From an uncultured Chloroflexia bacterium (GTDB taxonomy: Bacteria > Chloroflexota > Limnocylindria > Limnocylindrales > CSP1-4): 64,000 nucleotides of DNA. The translations under genes were made by a program, and so were the position numbers. Each line of letters starts with the position of its first letter. The stretch's first letter is position 1. Under the pieces are notes generated by a model. The model saw only the letters and a program-made list of their open reading frames with translations. It was not told the origin of the DNA and made no database searches. Positions 12,001 to 22,660 of this stretch are shown here, one piece after another. The stretch covers positions 768,001-832,000 of the forward strand of contig CAVPPB010000001.1 in assembly GCA_963707215.1 (NCBI GenBank), written 5' to 3'.

Positions 12001-12389
12001 ACATGACCGAGCCGCTCCCCGAGCGACTCGACGATCTTCTCGTCGACCCCGATCTCGATGGTGTCGGACCAGTCCTGCCGAGCCGGGAACTCGTGCACCT
12101 GGACGAGCGCGGACTCGCTCACGCCCGCCCTCGGTCGCGTCCCGAGGATCCATGCGATCCTTGGCAGGTCTCGATCCCGCAGCTCCGATAGGGCCAGCTT
12201 GGCGCGGACATCGACCCCGTCGACGTGCCAGCCGTCCTGGCCGACGCGCAGCAGCGCGTCGCCCGTGGCGTCCGAGAAGAGGAGCTCGGCCTCGGTCTTC
12301 GGAGCCAACCCCGTTCCGAAGTCGGCATCGAGTGCGGGCCGGACCTCGACGGTCCTGGTCTGGCCGTACGGCAGCTCGTGGAACCTCAC
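9057..12389 (-). CDS. Superfamily 1 helicase, UPF1/DNA2/NAM7-like (1110 aa)
   Basis: Motifs QGPPGTGKT, VDEAARA, LVGDHRQLP, QYRMHP, GTVDAFQGKE and NRMCVAMSR. Confidence 0.93.
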   Translation of the reverse strand: MRFHELPYGQTRTVEVRPALDADFGTGLAPKTEAELLFSDATGDALLRVGQDGWHVDGVDVRAKLALSELRDRDLPRIAWILGTRPRAGVSESALVQVHEFPARQDWSDTIEIGVDEKIVESLGERLGHVMAVDEVARWLDDHLTLTSSNGPPCIFLTGGPDRGAQERRQFRLMGRGFAIDVTRDAEDRLLVSRVVAAKRGREAELSSAIEVVRAPVIFRDATIAGSFRGSAETQLDQLVARAGSYLGLWSEYNKLERASVARRARELGVLRYDSRQRLADGRWSFRIEDAARFERALDVLRGAEEITDLEAATSLPLELATDEEVTAGPDAAITRAERRPRTFVGAYAHRDVPRRLLFVQPQGGDDAVDPPERGLLFLSLSGDRTRLNRREEALARVVSAEAAMPQLGLILEDRPVPLRRRRMESPLSRGVRSVFGSDPTPRQIEALRVALNTPDIALIQGPPGTGKTKMIAALEVRLAELGEQLDLAGQTLLTSYQHDAVENAASKTIVFGLPAVKVGGRLGREPDDGVDRWRRERIDALRGDLAAIDEYPVNAALRRIRRLTAAYVAAPIDRREGLRVLDEVADISREFIPPRLLDRVAQLRMELSRSQRPIVGSADDEREALLRAIRALRTEPAGFGDDGPHNAARALRRLELAGLADDESSQLLRAAAEWDSADPPPFLHEIAALQGALVDRLTPEMSPGAPAVHGEVADLLIELTDELSRVARESAGGEAIALNEYLDDLDNDVEGVRSAVRAYTAVLAATCQQAVGSQMRVEKTEGTAFANVIVDEAARANPLDLLIPMARGRRRIILVGDHRQLPHILEPDVERQADRSIVEATRDALKQSLFERLFVQLRAREASDGVKATVTLDVQYRMHPALGNFVSATFYEPYGESFASGRPAEGFANDLPGYEGLVAAWVDIPLERGHESGGLSKRRTPEARWIAEEIDRLSRARPDLSFGVISFYSAQVDEILRAMEPLGLSERTDEGYYRVASPWLETRGADGQLRERLRVGTVDAFQGKEFDVVLLSVTRSNDIDPVDEKAARRKWGHIALENRMCVAMSRQQCLLVAVGDAGMLTGQAAREHVRGLVAFHQLCSGEFGAIVRG

Positions 12390-13763
12390 GCCTGTCTCGC
12401 TCGTTCCATGCGGAAGGTCGCCACCCGATGCAGGACGCCCGCGTCGCCGAGGTGAAGTCGCCAGGACGCGCCCCTGAGGTCGATCTCCCGAGTCCGCTCG
12501 TCCAGGTCCACCGACTTCCCGCCGCTCGGTGGCACGAGGCGATAGGAGGACTCGTCGAGGGCCCGCAGCGATACGCGCGTCCCGTCAAACGCCATCGCCA
12601 GGACCGGCAGCTGCCCGGCCGAACCGCTTCGCCCTCGGGCGATCCGGTCGGTCACGATCACGGTCTCCCCGGGGGGCAGGGCGAGGGTCGCAACCGACGG
12701 ACGGCGCCTCTTCGCTCCGGCCTCGGCCTCGGGGTCCGAGAGGATGAATGAGGCGAGCACGAACGTCGGCCTTGCCTCGTCGCACCAAGGGCAGACGGTG
12801 GCGTTCATGTAGTAGGTGGCCCCACAGGTGGGGCACGTGAGGGTCGCGTCAGACGCCGCGTGCAACCGCAATGCCCACTCGGCGACGCCGGGCCTGCGTT
12901 GCGGGTCCTGTAGGCCGAGCCCGAATGATCGGGCCGCAAGGTCGGCGAGGAGGCGCGAGAGCACGACCGGTCGAGCGATGCCCACTGAGGCACGGTTCCG
13001 CGAGTCGGCCGCGTCATCGATCCAGGGTAGGTCTCCGGCGAATGCGGCATCCTCGAGCTCCGGGGGGCCTTCGGCCACCAGGTCGCCGATGAGCGGATGG
13101 GCGAGCGAGAGTGTCTGGAACGCAATCACGGCGAATGCATGGGCGTCGCTCCAGCGAGCTCGCACCGGTCCTGGCCCGAACCAACTCGGGGGCGCCGAAC
13201 CCGGGCGTGTACACGACCCCCGCCCCGAGCGAGGAAGCCGATCTCAGGTTGTCGGCGTCGATCATGCGGACCTCGACGGCGTCGCTCGGTGCGGAGACGA
13301 AGATGTTCTGCGGCGACGGGTCTCCGTAGATGAGGCCCTTGCCGTGGAGGGCCGCGAGCGCGTCCGCGGCACGAGCGAGCAGTCGCAAGCGTCGCCGCAG
13401 TCCGCCCGCGGCGAGGTACCACGCCGCCGGCGACTCCATCCCCCTGGGCACGTAGGCGAGAGAACCCAACGGCTCCATCCCGGTGAGAAGCTCCATGACG
13501 TACCCAAGGTGAGGCTCCTTGAGCACCTCGATCGGACGCGCCACGTCCAGCCCGCCGAGATCCAGCCTGCGCACACGGGTCAGCTGGTTGCGGAGACGGT
13601 CTCGCGTGGAGGGAGCGGAGTCGGCGAGAAGCTTCGCCGCGAGAAGGCCGCCCTCGACCTCGTACACCACTCCCTGGCCCCCACGGCCGATCTCGCGAAC
13701 GAGTCGGTACCGGACGCCTGTGTCATCGGTCACGATGAGGTCGCGCGTTCCGCCCGCGGTCAT
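12386..13763 (-). CDS. Ser/Thr protein kinase, TerY-P/YegI-like, with a C-terminal Zn ribbon (frameshift near 13150)
   Basis: IGRGGQGVVY, LAAK, YGDPSPQNIF, IDADN, TPGFGAPE, SDAHAFAV, then CPTC..CPWC. ATGA overlap with the PP2C gene. Confidence 0.88.
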
Positions 13764-14470
13764 GAGTCCCGGGCCCACAGAACCGCGAGTGTCTTGTCGT
13801 CAAGATGTCGAGGCGTCGGCCAATCGGTCAGCTCGCTCCGGAGGGCACGCAACCGGGGAACGGGGTCGAGCCCAGCGAAGGACTCGACGAGCCACGCCGC
13901 GAAGTCACCGACGCGGTCGGGCAGCAGATCGTCCGAGACACCGTCCGTGGCGAGCACGACGGTGTCGCCCGGGCGCCACGGCTGCGTCCGGAGGCTCCAC
14001 GTCGCCCCTGAGCCGAGTGCCGTGGCATCGGTCGCGAAGCCCGCTCGCGGCCCACTCACCCACTCGACGGCGCCGTCGGCGCTGCGTACGACCGCCAGGC
14101 CGTCGCCCACTGCCCCGATGTGGACGGCCCCGTCCGGGCAGACCACTGCGAAGAGGCATGTCGCCGCGCAGTCGTCCCCGGTCGCCGGCGCGATCTCCTC
14201 GAGCCACAGCTCCTCGATCAGCCGAGGGAGTTCATCGGGTGCACCGTGCCCGGCCTTGTGCCACAGGCGCACGGCTCTCGCGCATGCACGACACGCCGCG
14301 GCGGCCCCTCGACGAGCCAACGGTCGCGATCCCACCCCATCACTCACGACAGCGAGGCTCCCATGCGAGCCGGTGGCAGAGAGCCAACGATCCTCGTTCG
14401 GGAGGCCGAGATCGCGGTGTGCCGGGCCGATGACGCTGGCCCCGAAGCAGACCGTCGTCACGTGATCCAC
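13760..14470 (-). CDS. PP2C-family protein phosphatase (TerY-P/YegK-like)
   Basis: GASVIGPAH..NED, VVSDGVGS, VGDG, LATDGV and DDKT motifs. Confidence 0.92.
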   Translation of the reverse strand: MDHVTTVCFGASVIGPAHRDLGLPNEDRWLSATGSHGSLAVVSDGVGSRPLARRGAAAACRACARAVRLWHKAGHGAPDELPRLIEELWLEEIAPATGDDCAATCLFAVVCPDGAVHIGAVGDGLAVVRSADGAVEWVSGPRAGFATDATALGSGATWSLRTQPWRPGDTVVLATDGVSDDLLPDRVGDFAAWLVESFAGLDPVPRLRALRSELTDWPTPRHLDDKTLAVLWARDS

Positions 14471-14478
14471 GACCGGAC

Positions 14479-15142
14479 CTAGAAGAGGATCTCGTCGAGC
14501 GGCGGAGGATCGATCGCGATGATGGAGTCAGGACTCTCGCTGCGGAGTCGCGTTGTCACGCTCATCGTCACCCACCGGAAGAAGGCCCGGATGTGGCGGG
14601 CCTCATGTGCTGCGAAGACTCTCGCTTCGGGGGTGGCAAGGAACCTTGCGAGCATCGCCCCGTCCGCATCGTCTCCGATCCCGAGCGCGAACCGGGAGGC
14701 CTTCATCGCCCGTTCCGAGTTCAGCAACCGCTCGAGGGGCGCCTCCCATTCGTCGTTCGGCTGGCCATCCGAAACCAGAACGACGGTCGGACGGTAGGCG
14801 CGACCGGGAATCTGGTCACGGTCCTCCAGAAGGTCCGTGACCAAGTCGAATGCGGCTCCCATCGGAGTGCCCCCCGCGGCTTCCATGGGCACCCAATCGA
14901 CGGCGGGCGCGGGCGTTAGCTCCTGGTGGAGCCGCGCAGCCCCTCCGCCGAAGGTGATGATCGCGACCTCGATCGAGGCGCGCGTGTCGTCCTCCTCGGC
15001 AAAGGACCCCAGCATCTCCTGGACGGCCAGGTTGAGCGCGTCGATCTTCCCGTTCGTGCTCATGCTGCCGCTGACGTCCGCGAGGATGAGTACGGGGAAG
15101 CGGACGTGGGGTCGAAGCCGTGAACTCACGCAATCCGCCCAT
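14479..15142 (-). CDS. TerY/YegL-like von Willebrand factor A protein
   Basis: MIDAS motif DVSGS, plus GGTPMG and LVSDGQPND. True start is probably ATG 15142 (MGGLREFTASTPRPLP) after GGGAGG, with a frameshift in a G/C run near 15095. Confidence 0.9.
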
Positions 15143-15552
15143 GATTTAATCCCCCTCCCGAGTCCGGCTCTGCCGCGCCCGCTGATGCTGAGACGAGGCC
15201 TCGCCTGTCACGCTATCTGCCGTCGGTGCCAGCTGTGTGGCACCGTGAGGGTCGGTCACGCGCATCTAGAGACGCCCGTCAGCCGCCAGTATCCCTCCTT
15301 GAGAAGGCGCAGCGACGGTCGCTCCGGCCTGACTCACCTGTGCGACTCGTCCCAACGTATCGGCTGTTCTCTGGCCACGAGCAGCTCGACGCGGCTTCCT
15401 GTGGCTCCGAATCCCGCTTCGGCCGACTCTGTGCGCCACCACACGAACCCGCACGCCTGACATGCGGACGGCCACATGGAAGATTCGCGGGCGGAAGACT
15501 GGGCTCGGACCCGAGTTGCTGTGCCGCAGAGCCAGGCCTGCACGGTCCATGC

Positions 15553-18500
15553 CTACCCCGCCCTCGCCGGGCACATCGCCCGGAAGTCGCACCAGCTCGC
15601 AGGTCTTGCCGCCCTTGACCGGCGTCGCCGCGAAGTCGCCCGAGCGGATCCGGGCCGCCCGCGCCAGGATGTCCTCGCGGGCCGCGTCGAGCTGCTCGTC
15701 GGTCCGGGTCGTCGTCATCCGGGTCGCCGCCTCGGTGAAGTAGAGGGTCACCCGCTCCGGCGTCCCGAGGCCCAGCGCGTCGCGGCAGGCCAGCGCGTAG
15801 ATCGACAGCTGGAGGCTCTCGTCCACGCCCTTCTGGCTGCCGGGCCGGCCGGTCTTGTAGTCGAGGACCTCGATGCCGCCCGAGGCCAGCCGGTCGATCC
15901 GGTCGATCGAGCCGTGGACGCGTCACCGGCGGCCGACCCGTCGGCCGGCTCGAGGACGAGCTCGAACGGCTCCTCCTCGCCGAGCACCTCGCGGCCGTCG
16001 GCGGCGAGCTCGCCCTCCCAGAACGCGTCGAGCAGCGGGCCGGTCCGGGCCCGGTAGCCGTCCTCGGCGGCCTTGGTCGCCGTAGGTGCCGGGCTTCCAC
16101 TCCTCGGCGAAGAAGCCGCTCGAGGTCCTCGCGGGTCGGCGGCGGCTCGCCCCGGGCCGCTCGCTCGCGTCGCTCCTTGGTGAACCGCTCGAAGGCGGCG
16201 TGGGCGGTCGAGCCGAACGTCAGGGCGGCCCGACCCTCCGGCTCGGGGAAGCGGTAGACGTGGCGGAAGGCGTACTGGAGCGGGCAGCGCTCGTAGACGG
16301 TCGAACTGGCTGTAGCTGAAGCTGCCGGCGGAGGGCGGCGACCTCGAGCAGGTTCGCGCCCGAGCCGCTGTCGAGGGCGACGGTCCGCATCGTCAGCGGA
16401 TCGAGGCCGCGGTCTCGGGCCTCGTCGGCGGTCATGGCCGCCGGTCCCCGATGCGGGCCAGCTCGGCGGCCAGGGCGCGGCGGGCGTCCTGGGTCTCGGG
16501 GTCGGCCGGGCGGGTGCCCTCGATGAGCCCGAGCAGCTCGGATGCCCGTGACACGCAGCGCCAGGCGGTGCTCTCGGGCGGTCGGCAGGGGCATGACCTG
16601 GCGGAGGGCGCGGTCCTGGGTCCGAGCGGCCGCCTCGTCCGTCTCCGCCTCGTCCTCGTCCGTCGTCCTCCGCCTCGGCGGCCTCGCTCCGCCTCGCCCG
16701 CCTCGATCTCGCTCGACATCCGCTCCGGAGCTCCGGCCCCGCCCCCTCCCGCAGCTCGAGCACGAACGGCGAGACCCGCCGCTCGACCGTCGGACCCTCG
16801 TGGGTCGTGAGCATCAGGCGCTCCCGGGTCCGGGTCATCGCGACGTAGAGGAGGCGGCGCTCCTCCTCGTTCAGCAGGTCGCCGACCGGGACCGGCTCGC
16901 GGAGGAGCTCGCGCGGGAGGATCTCGGCAGACTCACGGCCCACCGGCCACTCCCCGTCGAGCAGGCACGGGACGAAGACGAACGGGAACTCGAGCCCCTT
17001 CGCCTGGTACAGGGTCATGAGCCGGACCCCGTCCACGTCCTCGGTCAGCTCGACGCTCGTCGGCAGCTCCCCGCCGGCGGTCTTGTACGCATCGAGGTAG
17101 TCCACGAAGGCCGCCAGGCTGCCCTGCGGGTGCTCCTGCTGCCAGTCGGCCGCGAACCGCAGGAACGAGGCGACGTTGGCCGCCTGCCGCTGGCTCTCTC
17201 GCGTGTCCGCCGCGATCGAGGTCGAGGACCGTGCCGGTCCGCTCGAGCAGCTCCTGGAGGATCGTGTGCGGCCCCTCGCGCCAGGTCCTGGGGGCGAGGT
17301 CGTCGATCGTGTCGAGGACGCGGCGCAGCTTGGCGCGGGTCAGCGGGGCGATGGGCTGGCGGGTAGGGGGCGCATGGCCGGCGGGGGGCGCTGGCGGCGG
17401 GGCTCCGGGGTGGGGTCTCCTCCTGCGGTGCCCGTCCACGCAACTCGACGGCCTCGGATGCCGCGTCCGGCCATGCGGGTATGCCCAGAGTCGAATAGCG
17501 CTCGGAAGGGTCGCCCCCCTCCTCGCCCTCCTCCTCGGAGTCGCGCCGCATGTCGCGCTCGGCCAGGAGATCGAGGGTCCGAGGCTGGAAGCCGCCACCG
17601 ACCCCGCCCTGACCGTCGCCGCGACCGTGGCCGTCGTCGCCGTTGTCGCCGTTCTCGCCGTCGGCCCCGGCAGCGCCGCTCGCGCCGATCTCGCCCGGAC
17701 GCGTCGTCAGCACCGACCCGGTCTCGACGACGTCGCGCATGGCCTCGACGATGTGGCGCCGGTCGTAGCGGGCCATCCGGGCAACGGCCAGGATCTCGAG
17801 CGCGTCGAGCCGCCACGGTGCCGGCGGAGAGCATCCGCAGGAGCGCCACGTCCTGGTGCGGGTCGGCGATGGCGCGGAGGGTCTGCTCGAGGTCGCGGAT
17901 CTCGGGCGTCTCGAAGAGCGACAGCCCGACCGACGACGGTGTACGGGATGTCCTCGTCGCGGAGCCGGGCGACGATCGCCTCGCGGTGGCGGTGCTTGCG
18001 GTAGAGGATGGCGACGTCCCACGGGAGGGCCGGGGCGCGGTCGGGGCCGGGGTCCCACTCCGGCGGGCCGCGATGCGGTCCACGATCGTGACCGCCTCGT
18101 CGGCCGGGCCGGTGCAGACCACCAGCTCGACCGGGGCCTCGTCGCCGCGCCGGGTCCGCAGCCGCTTGTCGGGCTCGTAGCGCATGACGTTCCGCTCGAT
18201 CAGCCGGTTGGCCGCCGCCAGGACGTGCCGCCGCGAGCGATGGTTCTCCTCGAGGCGCAGCCGCGTCGGCGGCCCGGGCGGCGGTCCGCCTCGGGATCGT
18301 GGATCGGCGGCAGGGCGAAGCGGCGGTCCATCTCCGCGAACGCCGCGTAGCTGGCGCCCCGGAAGCGGTAGATCGACTGGTCGTCGTCGCCGACGACCAT
18401 GACGTTGTCGGGCCGGTCGGGCGTCCGGCCGAGCAGCTCGACGAGCTCGATCTGGGCGACGTTGGCGTCCTGGAACTCGTCCACCAGCAGGTAGCGGAAC

Positions 18501-19621
18501 TGGCGCTGGTAGCGGCGCAGGACGTTGGGCCGCTCGCGGAAGAGGCGGATGACGGCGGCGATCTGCTCCCCGAAGTCGAGAGCCCCTCTCCGGTGCAGCT
18601 CCTGCTGATACGCCCGGTACACCAGGGCGAGCTCACGGAACCGGAGGACCTCGAGGGCGGCGCCGTCTACCACGTACGTCCGGGCGAGCTCGGCGATCTC
18701 GGCCTGCTCGTCCTCGGTGAAGGTCTTGATGTTGCGGACCTTTCCGTCGCCGGCGACGCTCCGCCGTGCCTCTCGGTCGGCCGTCTTCCAGACGTCCTCG
18801 TCGGAGGGCTCCAGGCCGAACGGCTTGGCGGCCTCGGCTCGGACATCGCGGCGGTAGCGGGCATAGGCACTCCGGACATCCCGGACCGGCCGCAGGTTGC
18901 CCATCGCCCCGAGGCGCTCGATCGCCGGCTCGAGCGGGCCGTGCTCGGCCTCGAAGGCTTCCTGCTCGGCCTCGGCGAAGGCCTCGACCTGGTCGGGCGT
19001 GACGAGCTCGTCCTTGGCCCGGTTGATGAAGGCGACCATCTGGCCGAGCCAGAAGCCACCGTCCCCGCCGCGGCTCGAGTGGTAGACGAGCGGCAGGTCG
19101 GGCCACAGGTCGCGCAGGAGGAGCAGCTGGCCGACCCCGTCGAGGACGTCGGGGCGCTGGGAGAGGCCCGCTTCCGCGGCATGCTCGGTGAGGATCCGGT
19201 GGCAGAAGCTGTGGAAGTTGCTGACTGCAAGACGGGCAAGGGTCGCCGGCCCCAGGGCGGCCTCGAGGCGGTCCTGGAGCTCCTTCGCGGCCTTGACGTT
19301 GTAGGTCAGGACGAGGATCTGCTCGGGGACGAGGGGGCCGTCGAAGGGCGGCGCGTGGCGGCCAGGTCGTGCGGCTGCCGCGTCGGGGGGCGCGTCGGGG
19401 GCCCCGGCCCAGGCGGCCTCCCCCTGCGTCTCGAGCAGGTGGCGAACCCGTTCGACGATGACCCGCGTCTTGCCCGTCCCCGCACCGGCGATGACGACGA
19501 GCGGCCCCTCGTCCCACTCGACGATCGCCCGCTGCTCGTCCGAGAGCGCGGGGCGGCCGGAGGTGGGCTCCGTCGGCTCGGGCGATGCGTCGGGGGGCAT
19601 GAGCGGGGGGAGAGAGCTCAT
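15553..19621 (-). CDS. UvrD-type ATP-dependent helicase fused to a PD-(D/E)XK Fe-S nuclease (AdnB/AddA-like), multiple frameshifts
   Basis: IAGAGTGKT, VDEFQD, VGDDDQSIYRFRGA, TLYQAKGLEF and EERRLLYVAMTR, then YERCPLQY, IDRIDR, DYKTG, QLSIYA and C-terminal CxxC..C. Confidence 0.88.
17471..17501 (+). repeat. Dispersed 31-bp motif, copy A (inside the helicase CDS)
   Basis: ccatgcgggtatgcccagagtcgaatagcgc, similar to 19624-19654 (-) and 41439-41469 (+). Confidence 0.8.
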
Positions 19622-19623
19622 CG

Positions 19624-19654
19624 GCGCCAGTCGGCTCTGGGCATACCTGCATGG
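19624..19654 (-). repeat. Dispersed 31-bp motif, copy B
   Basis: Reverse complement is ccatgcaggtatgcccagagccgactggcgc. Lies just upstream of the helicase ATG. Confidence 0.8.
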
Positions 19655-19741
19655 TCCGTGCCGGGCTGTTGCACGGGCACGACGACGATTGCCGCCTCGC
19701 ATGTTGCGTAGACGGGCATCGCGCCAGAAGGTCTTCCCTGC

Positions 19742-19809
19742 CCGCTCATGCTCGTGGCCCGCTCATGCGCGTGGGCCGCTGATGCGCGTGGGCCGCTGAT
19801 GCGCTCGTG
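19742..19809. repeat. Tandem array of 4 imperfect 17-bp units
   Basis: ccgctcatgctcgtggc / ccgctcatgcgcgtggg / ccgctgatgcgcgtggg / ccgctgatgcgctcgtg. Confidence 0.85.
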
Positions 19810-20038
19810 CGCGGTCGTGCGCGAGGCCATCGGCGTCCTCCTCGCCAGGTGCATCGGCGGCCATCGGTACGCCGCCGCGGTGCCCCGGTCGGCACCCCCC
19901 AGCACCGGCCGGGGCAGGCCGATCCTCCCCCACCGCTGCGTCACCTCTGGTGACACGACTGGTGCGTAGAAGCACCGGTGAGTCACGGGTACGCCCTGGG
20001 AGGCCGCGAGCGAAGCGGGCCGCACTAGCGTCGGCCGT

Positions 20039-20312
20039 GTGCGCTTCGAGTGGGATCCGGACAAGGCGAGGGAGAACCTGCGGCGCCACAGAGTGTCCTT
20101 CGGCTGCCTCGATCGTCGTGTTCCACGATCCCCTCGGCGTGTACGAGCCGGACCGGGAACACGGCCTCGGAGAAGAGCGAGAGCGGCGGATCGGCCATCT
20201 CGCCGATGGGAAGCTCGCGATGGTGACGTTCACCCGACGCGGGGATACCATCCGCATCATCTCCGCACGGCGCGCCACGAAGCGCGAACGCCATGACTAC
20301 GAGAACGGTTGA
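20039..20312 (+). CDS. brnT: BrnT-family toxin (frameshift near 20105)
   Basis: MRFEWDPDKARENLRRHRVSF ... EERERRIG..VTFTRRGDTIRIISARRATKRERHDYE. Confidence 0.88.
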
Positions 20313-20791
20313 TCCGGGCCCGGCCGGCCCCGCGGGTCCGCGGCCCCTGGCCTGGCATCGAGGATGGCTACGACATCGCGATCGACGGAGCCGTCGGATA
20401 CGCGGTCCGGCTGCTGCCATCGGGCAAACGGCTCGCCAGGTACCCCACCTGCCGACGCGCGCTCGAACGGGTACTGGGCGAGATCGAGGTCCGCGGGCGA
20501 CAGGAGCGCACCCTCGCGCTCGACGTCATCTTCCCGGGCGATCGGGCCGAGCTGTTCAGCGGCGGGCGTCGACTCCGCCGGACAGCGGAGAGGGCCACCG
20601 GGCGGCCGTCGACTCGACGTGGAAGACTCCAGCGAAGGGCGAGCAAGCTGGTCATCGCGGGGCCGCGGATCCTGGCGCCGAGGCACGGCGTAGCCGGCTC
20701 AGCGGTCTTCGACCGGGCTCGCAGCTGCCTCGCCAGGTCGGCCGGCGCCACGACGACCAGGTGGTGCTTGGCTCGGCTGGCCCCGATGTAG
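20309..20791 (+). CDS. Hypothetical protein coupled to brnT (3' end uncertain)
   Basis: TTG overlaps the brnT stop (TTGA). Protein-like core GIEDGYDIAIDGAVGYAVRLL..LALDVIFPGD. Confidence 0.4.
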   Translation: MIRARPAPRVRGPWPGIEDGYDIAIDGAVGYAVRLLPSGKRLARYPTCRRALERVLGEIEVRGRQERTLALDVIFPGDRAELFSGGRRLRRTAERATGRPSTRRGRLQRRASKLVIAGPRILAPRHGVAGSAVFDRARSCLARSAGATTTRWCLARLAPM

Positions 20792-22460
20792 AGGAGCATC
20801 CCGAGGCGCTCGTCTTCCGGGCGCAGCTCGGCCAGGACCACGACGTCCCACTCGAGCCCCTTCGAGCGGTGGATCGACTCGAGACGGACGGTCCGCGGCG
20901 GCTGGGCCGGCGCTTCGTCGGCCGACAGGCCCAGCGACTCGCCAGCGTCGTCGTAGCTGCCGTTCCAGAGGATCAGCCCGCCGTGGAAGCGACGCCGCCG
21001 CCACAGTCCGGAATCGCGCACCGAGCCGCCGGTCAGCACGCCGATCCGCTCGGGCTCCACCCCCTCGGTCTTGACGAGCTCGTCGAGGACCGACCCGACG
21101 GCCTCGACGGTGGGGCTCCCGGGCTCGGCGACGACGATCCGCGGCTCGCGACCGTCCTCGCGGAGCGCCTCGGCGACCAGCTCCCCCGTGTACCAGCGGT
21201 AGGCGAACTCGTGGATCGGCAGGGAGTTGCGACAGTTCTCCGGCAGCTCGTACTCGGGCAGCCCCAGGATCGCGACGGCATCCTCCCGATAGAGCGCCTG
21301 GGCGGGGTCGTGGAAGACGTAGAGGTCGTCCTCGTCGGGGTCCGACAGCAGGTATGTCAGCCGCAGCAGCCAGTCGGCTTCGAGGTCCTGGCCCTCGTCG
21401 ATGACCAGGGCCTGCCAGCGTCGGTCGAGCGACGGCATCGCGGCGTCGAGCGCCTCCGGCAGGATCCGCTCGAACCAGTCCCGCCCGGGCCGCGGCCGGC
21501 TGCGGCGGCAGGGTCCCGGCCGCGGCGGCCAGGCTGCGGCACAGCTCGTGGAAGGTCGAGATCGTGAGCCGGCCCCGCTCCCGAAGCTCGGCCAGGTCGT
21601 CACGGTCGGCGAACGCGCGGGCCAGCGGCTGGTTGAAGCAGACGAGCAGGACGTCGAAGCCGAGCGCCGCCAGGCTCCGCGCCTTCTCGGCGGCGAGGAG
21701 GCTCTTGCCCGAGCCGGCCCCGCCGACGATCGATGCCCGATGGAACCGCCCGAGCGTCCTGAGGACCGCGAGCTGGGCATGCGTCGGCGCCAGCAGCTCG
21801 TGCTCGCCGGCCTCGAGCTCCGACCGAAGGAGCGGCTCGAGGCGGACCTCGGGCTCGATGACCTCGTGGACGATCTCGAGCTGCCGTTCGTCAAGGGGCG
21901 TGTCGCGGGCACCGCTGCTCGACCAGTGGGCGAGGATCCGTTCGAGGGCCGCGCGCGTCGCTCCGGGGGTGGACAGGTCGGTCGCGATCGAGGACGAGCT
22001 CGAGCGGCGCCTCGGGACCCAGGTCGAGGCCGTCGCGCACGAGGCGGGCCCGATCGCTGTGCGGGAAGGCGACGGCGTGAACGGCCCTCGGCGCCGGGGC
22101 ACGGAGCTCGCGCCAGCGGGGGTCCTCGGCGACCCGGCGAGCGATGACCCTCGCGCTCGTCTCGGCCTGGTCGAACGGGGTGACGTCGAGACGGCGCTGG
22201 CCCGCGTACCAGCGGCCGTGGCCATCGCGCGAGACGACGCCGCCCTTCGTCTCGATCGCCAGCAAGCCGACTTGGGGCAGGAGGAGCAGGTGGTCGATCT
22301 CGCCGCTGCGGAGCGGCGAGCCATCGTGGGTGCGGTCCACCCAGCGGACGTTCGGGTAGACGCGGGCGCCGCTCGGCGCGGGCTCACCGGGCTCGACCAC
22401 GCCGAGGGCAGCTTCGAGCCGGGACTGGACGAACGGCTCGGGCGCCTGGTCGTTGGGCAT
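20699..22460 (-). CDS. NERD nuclease domain plus SF1 helicase (frameshifted; 3' end uncertain)
   Basis: GEIDHLLLLPQVGLLAIETKGG (NERD), GGAGSGKS, IDEGQD, NCRN, SIHRSKGLE and YIGASRA. Confidence 0.85.
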
Positions 22461-22660
22461 GGGCCCCTCGGGGCGTGGCCGTCCTTCGGAGCGGGTCCGG
22501 GCATCCCTCCCCCCTGCACTGCCCGGAGTATCACCGGCATGCCCGGGCGCGCCGACGGCCCGGATGGCCCGCGGATGCCGGGACGAACGTCCCGACCGGC
22601 CCACCTGCGGGACCGCTCGACGCATGGCCCGGGCAGCGGCCGTCCCGGTGCGCCTCCGCC

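Noticed and set aside
362-14465. Long plus-strand ORFs opposite the island genes (e.g. 362..1771, 12816..14465) and similar shadow ORFs elsewhere
   Set aside because: Antisense or alternate-frame ORFs typical of very high GC DNA, Arg/Pro-rich and without motifs.
990-15552. att sites or a target-site duplication flanking the defence island
   Set aside because: Only a 5-bp match (tgcac) was seen at the two edges, which is expected by chance. No integrase or tRNA is present.
15600-16320. Cas4-like Fe-S nuclease as evidence of CRISPR-Cas
   Set aside because: It is the C-terminal domain of the UvrD helicase (AdnB/AddA-like architecture).
19618-19870. GAGGAGG followed by ATG (MASRTTAHER...) on the minus strand as a small gene
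   Set aside because: It runs straight into the 17-bp tandem array and has no recognisable domain. It could be a gene remnant but is unsupported.
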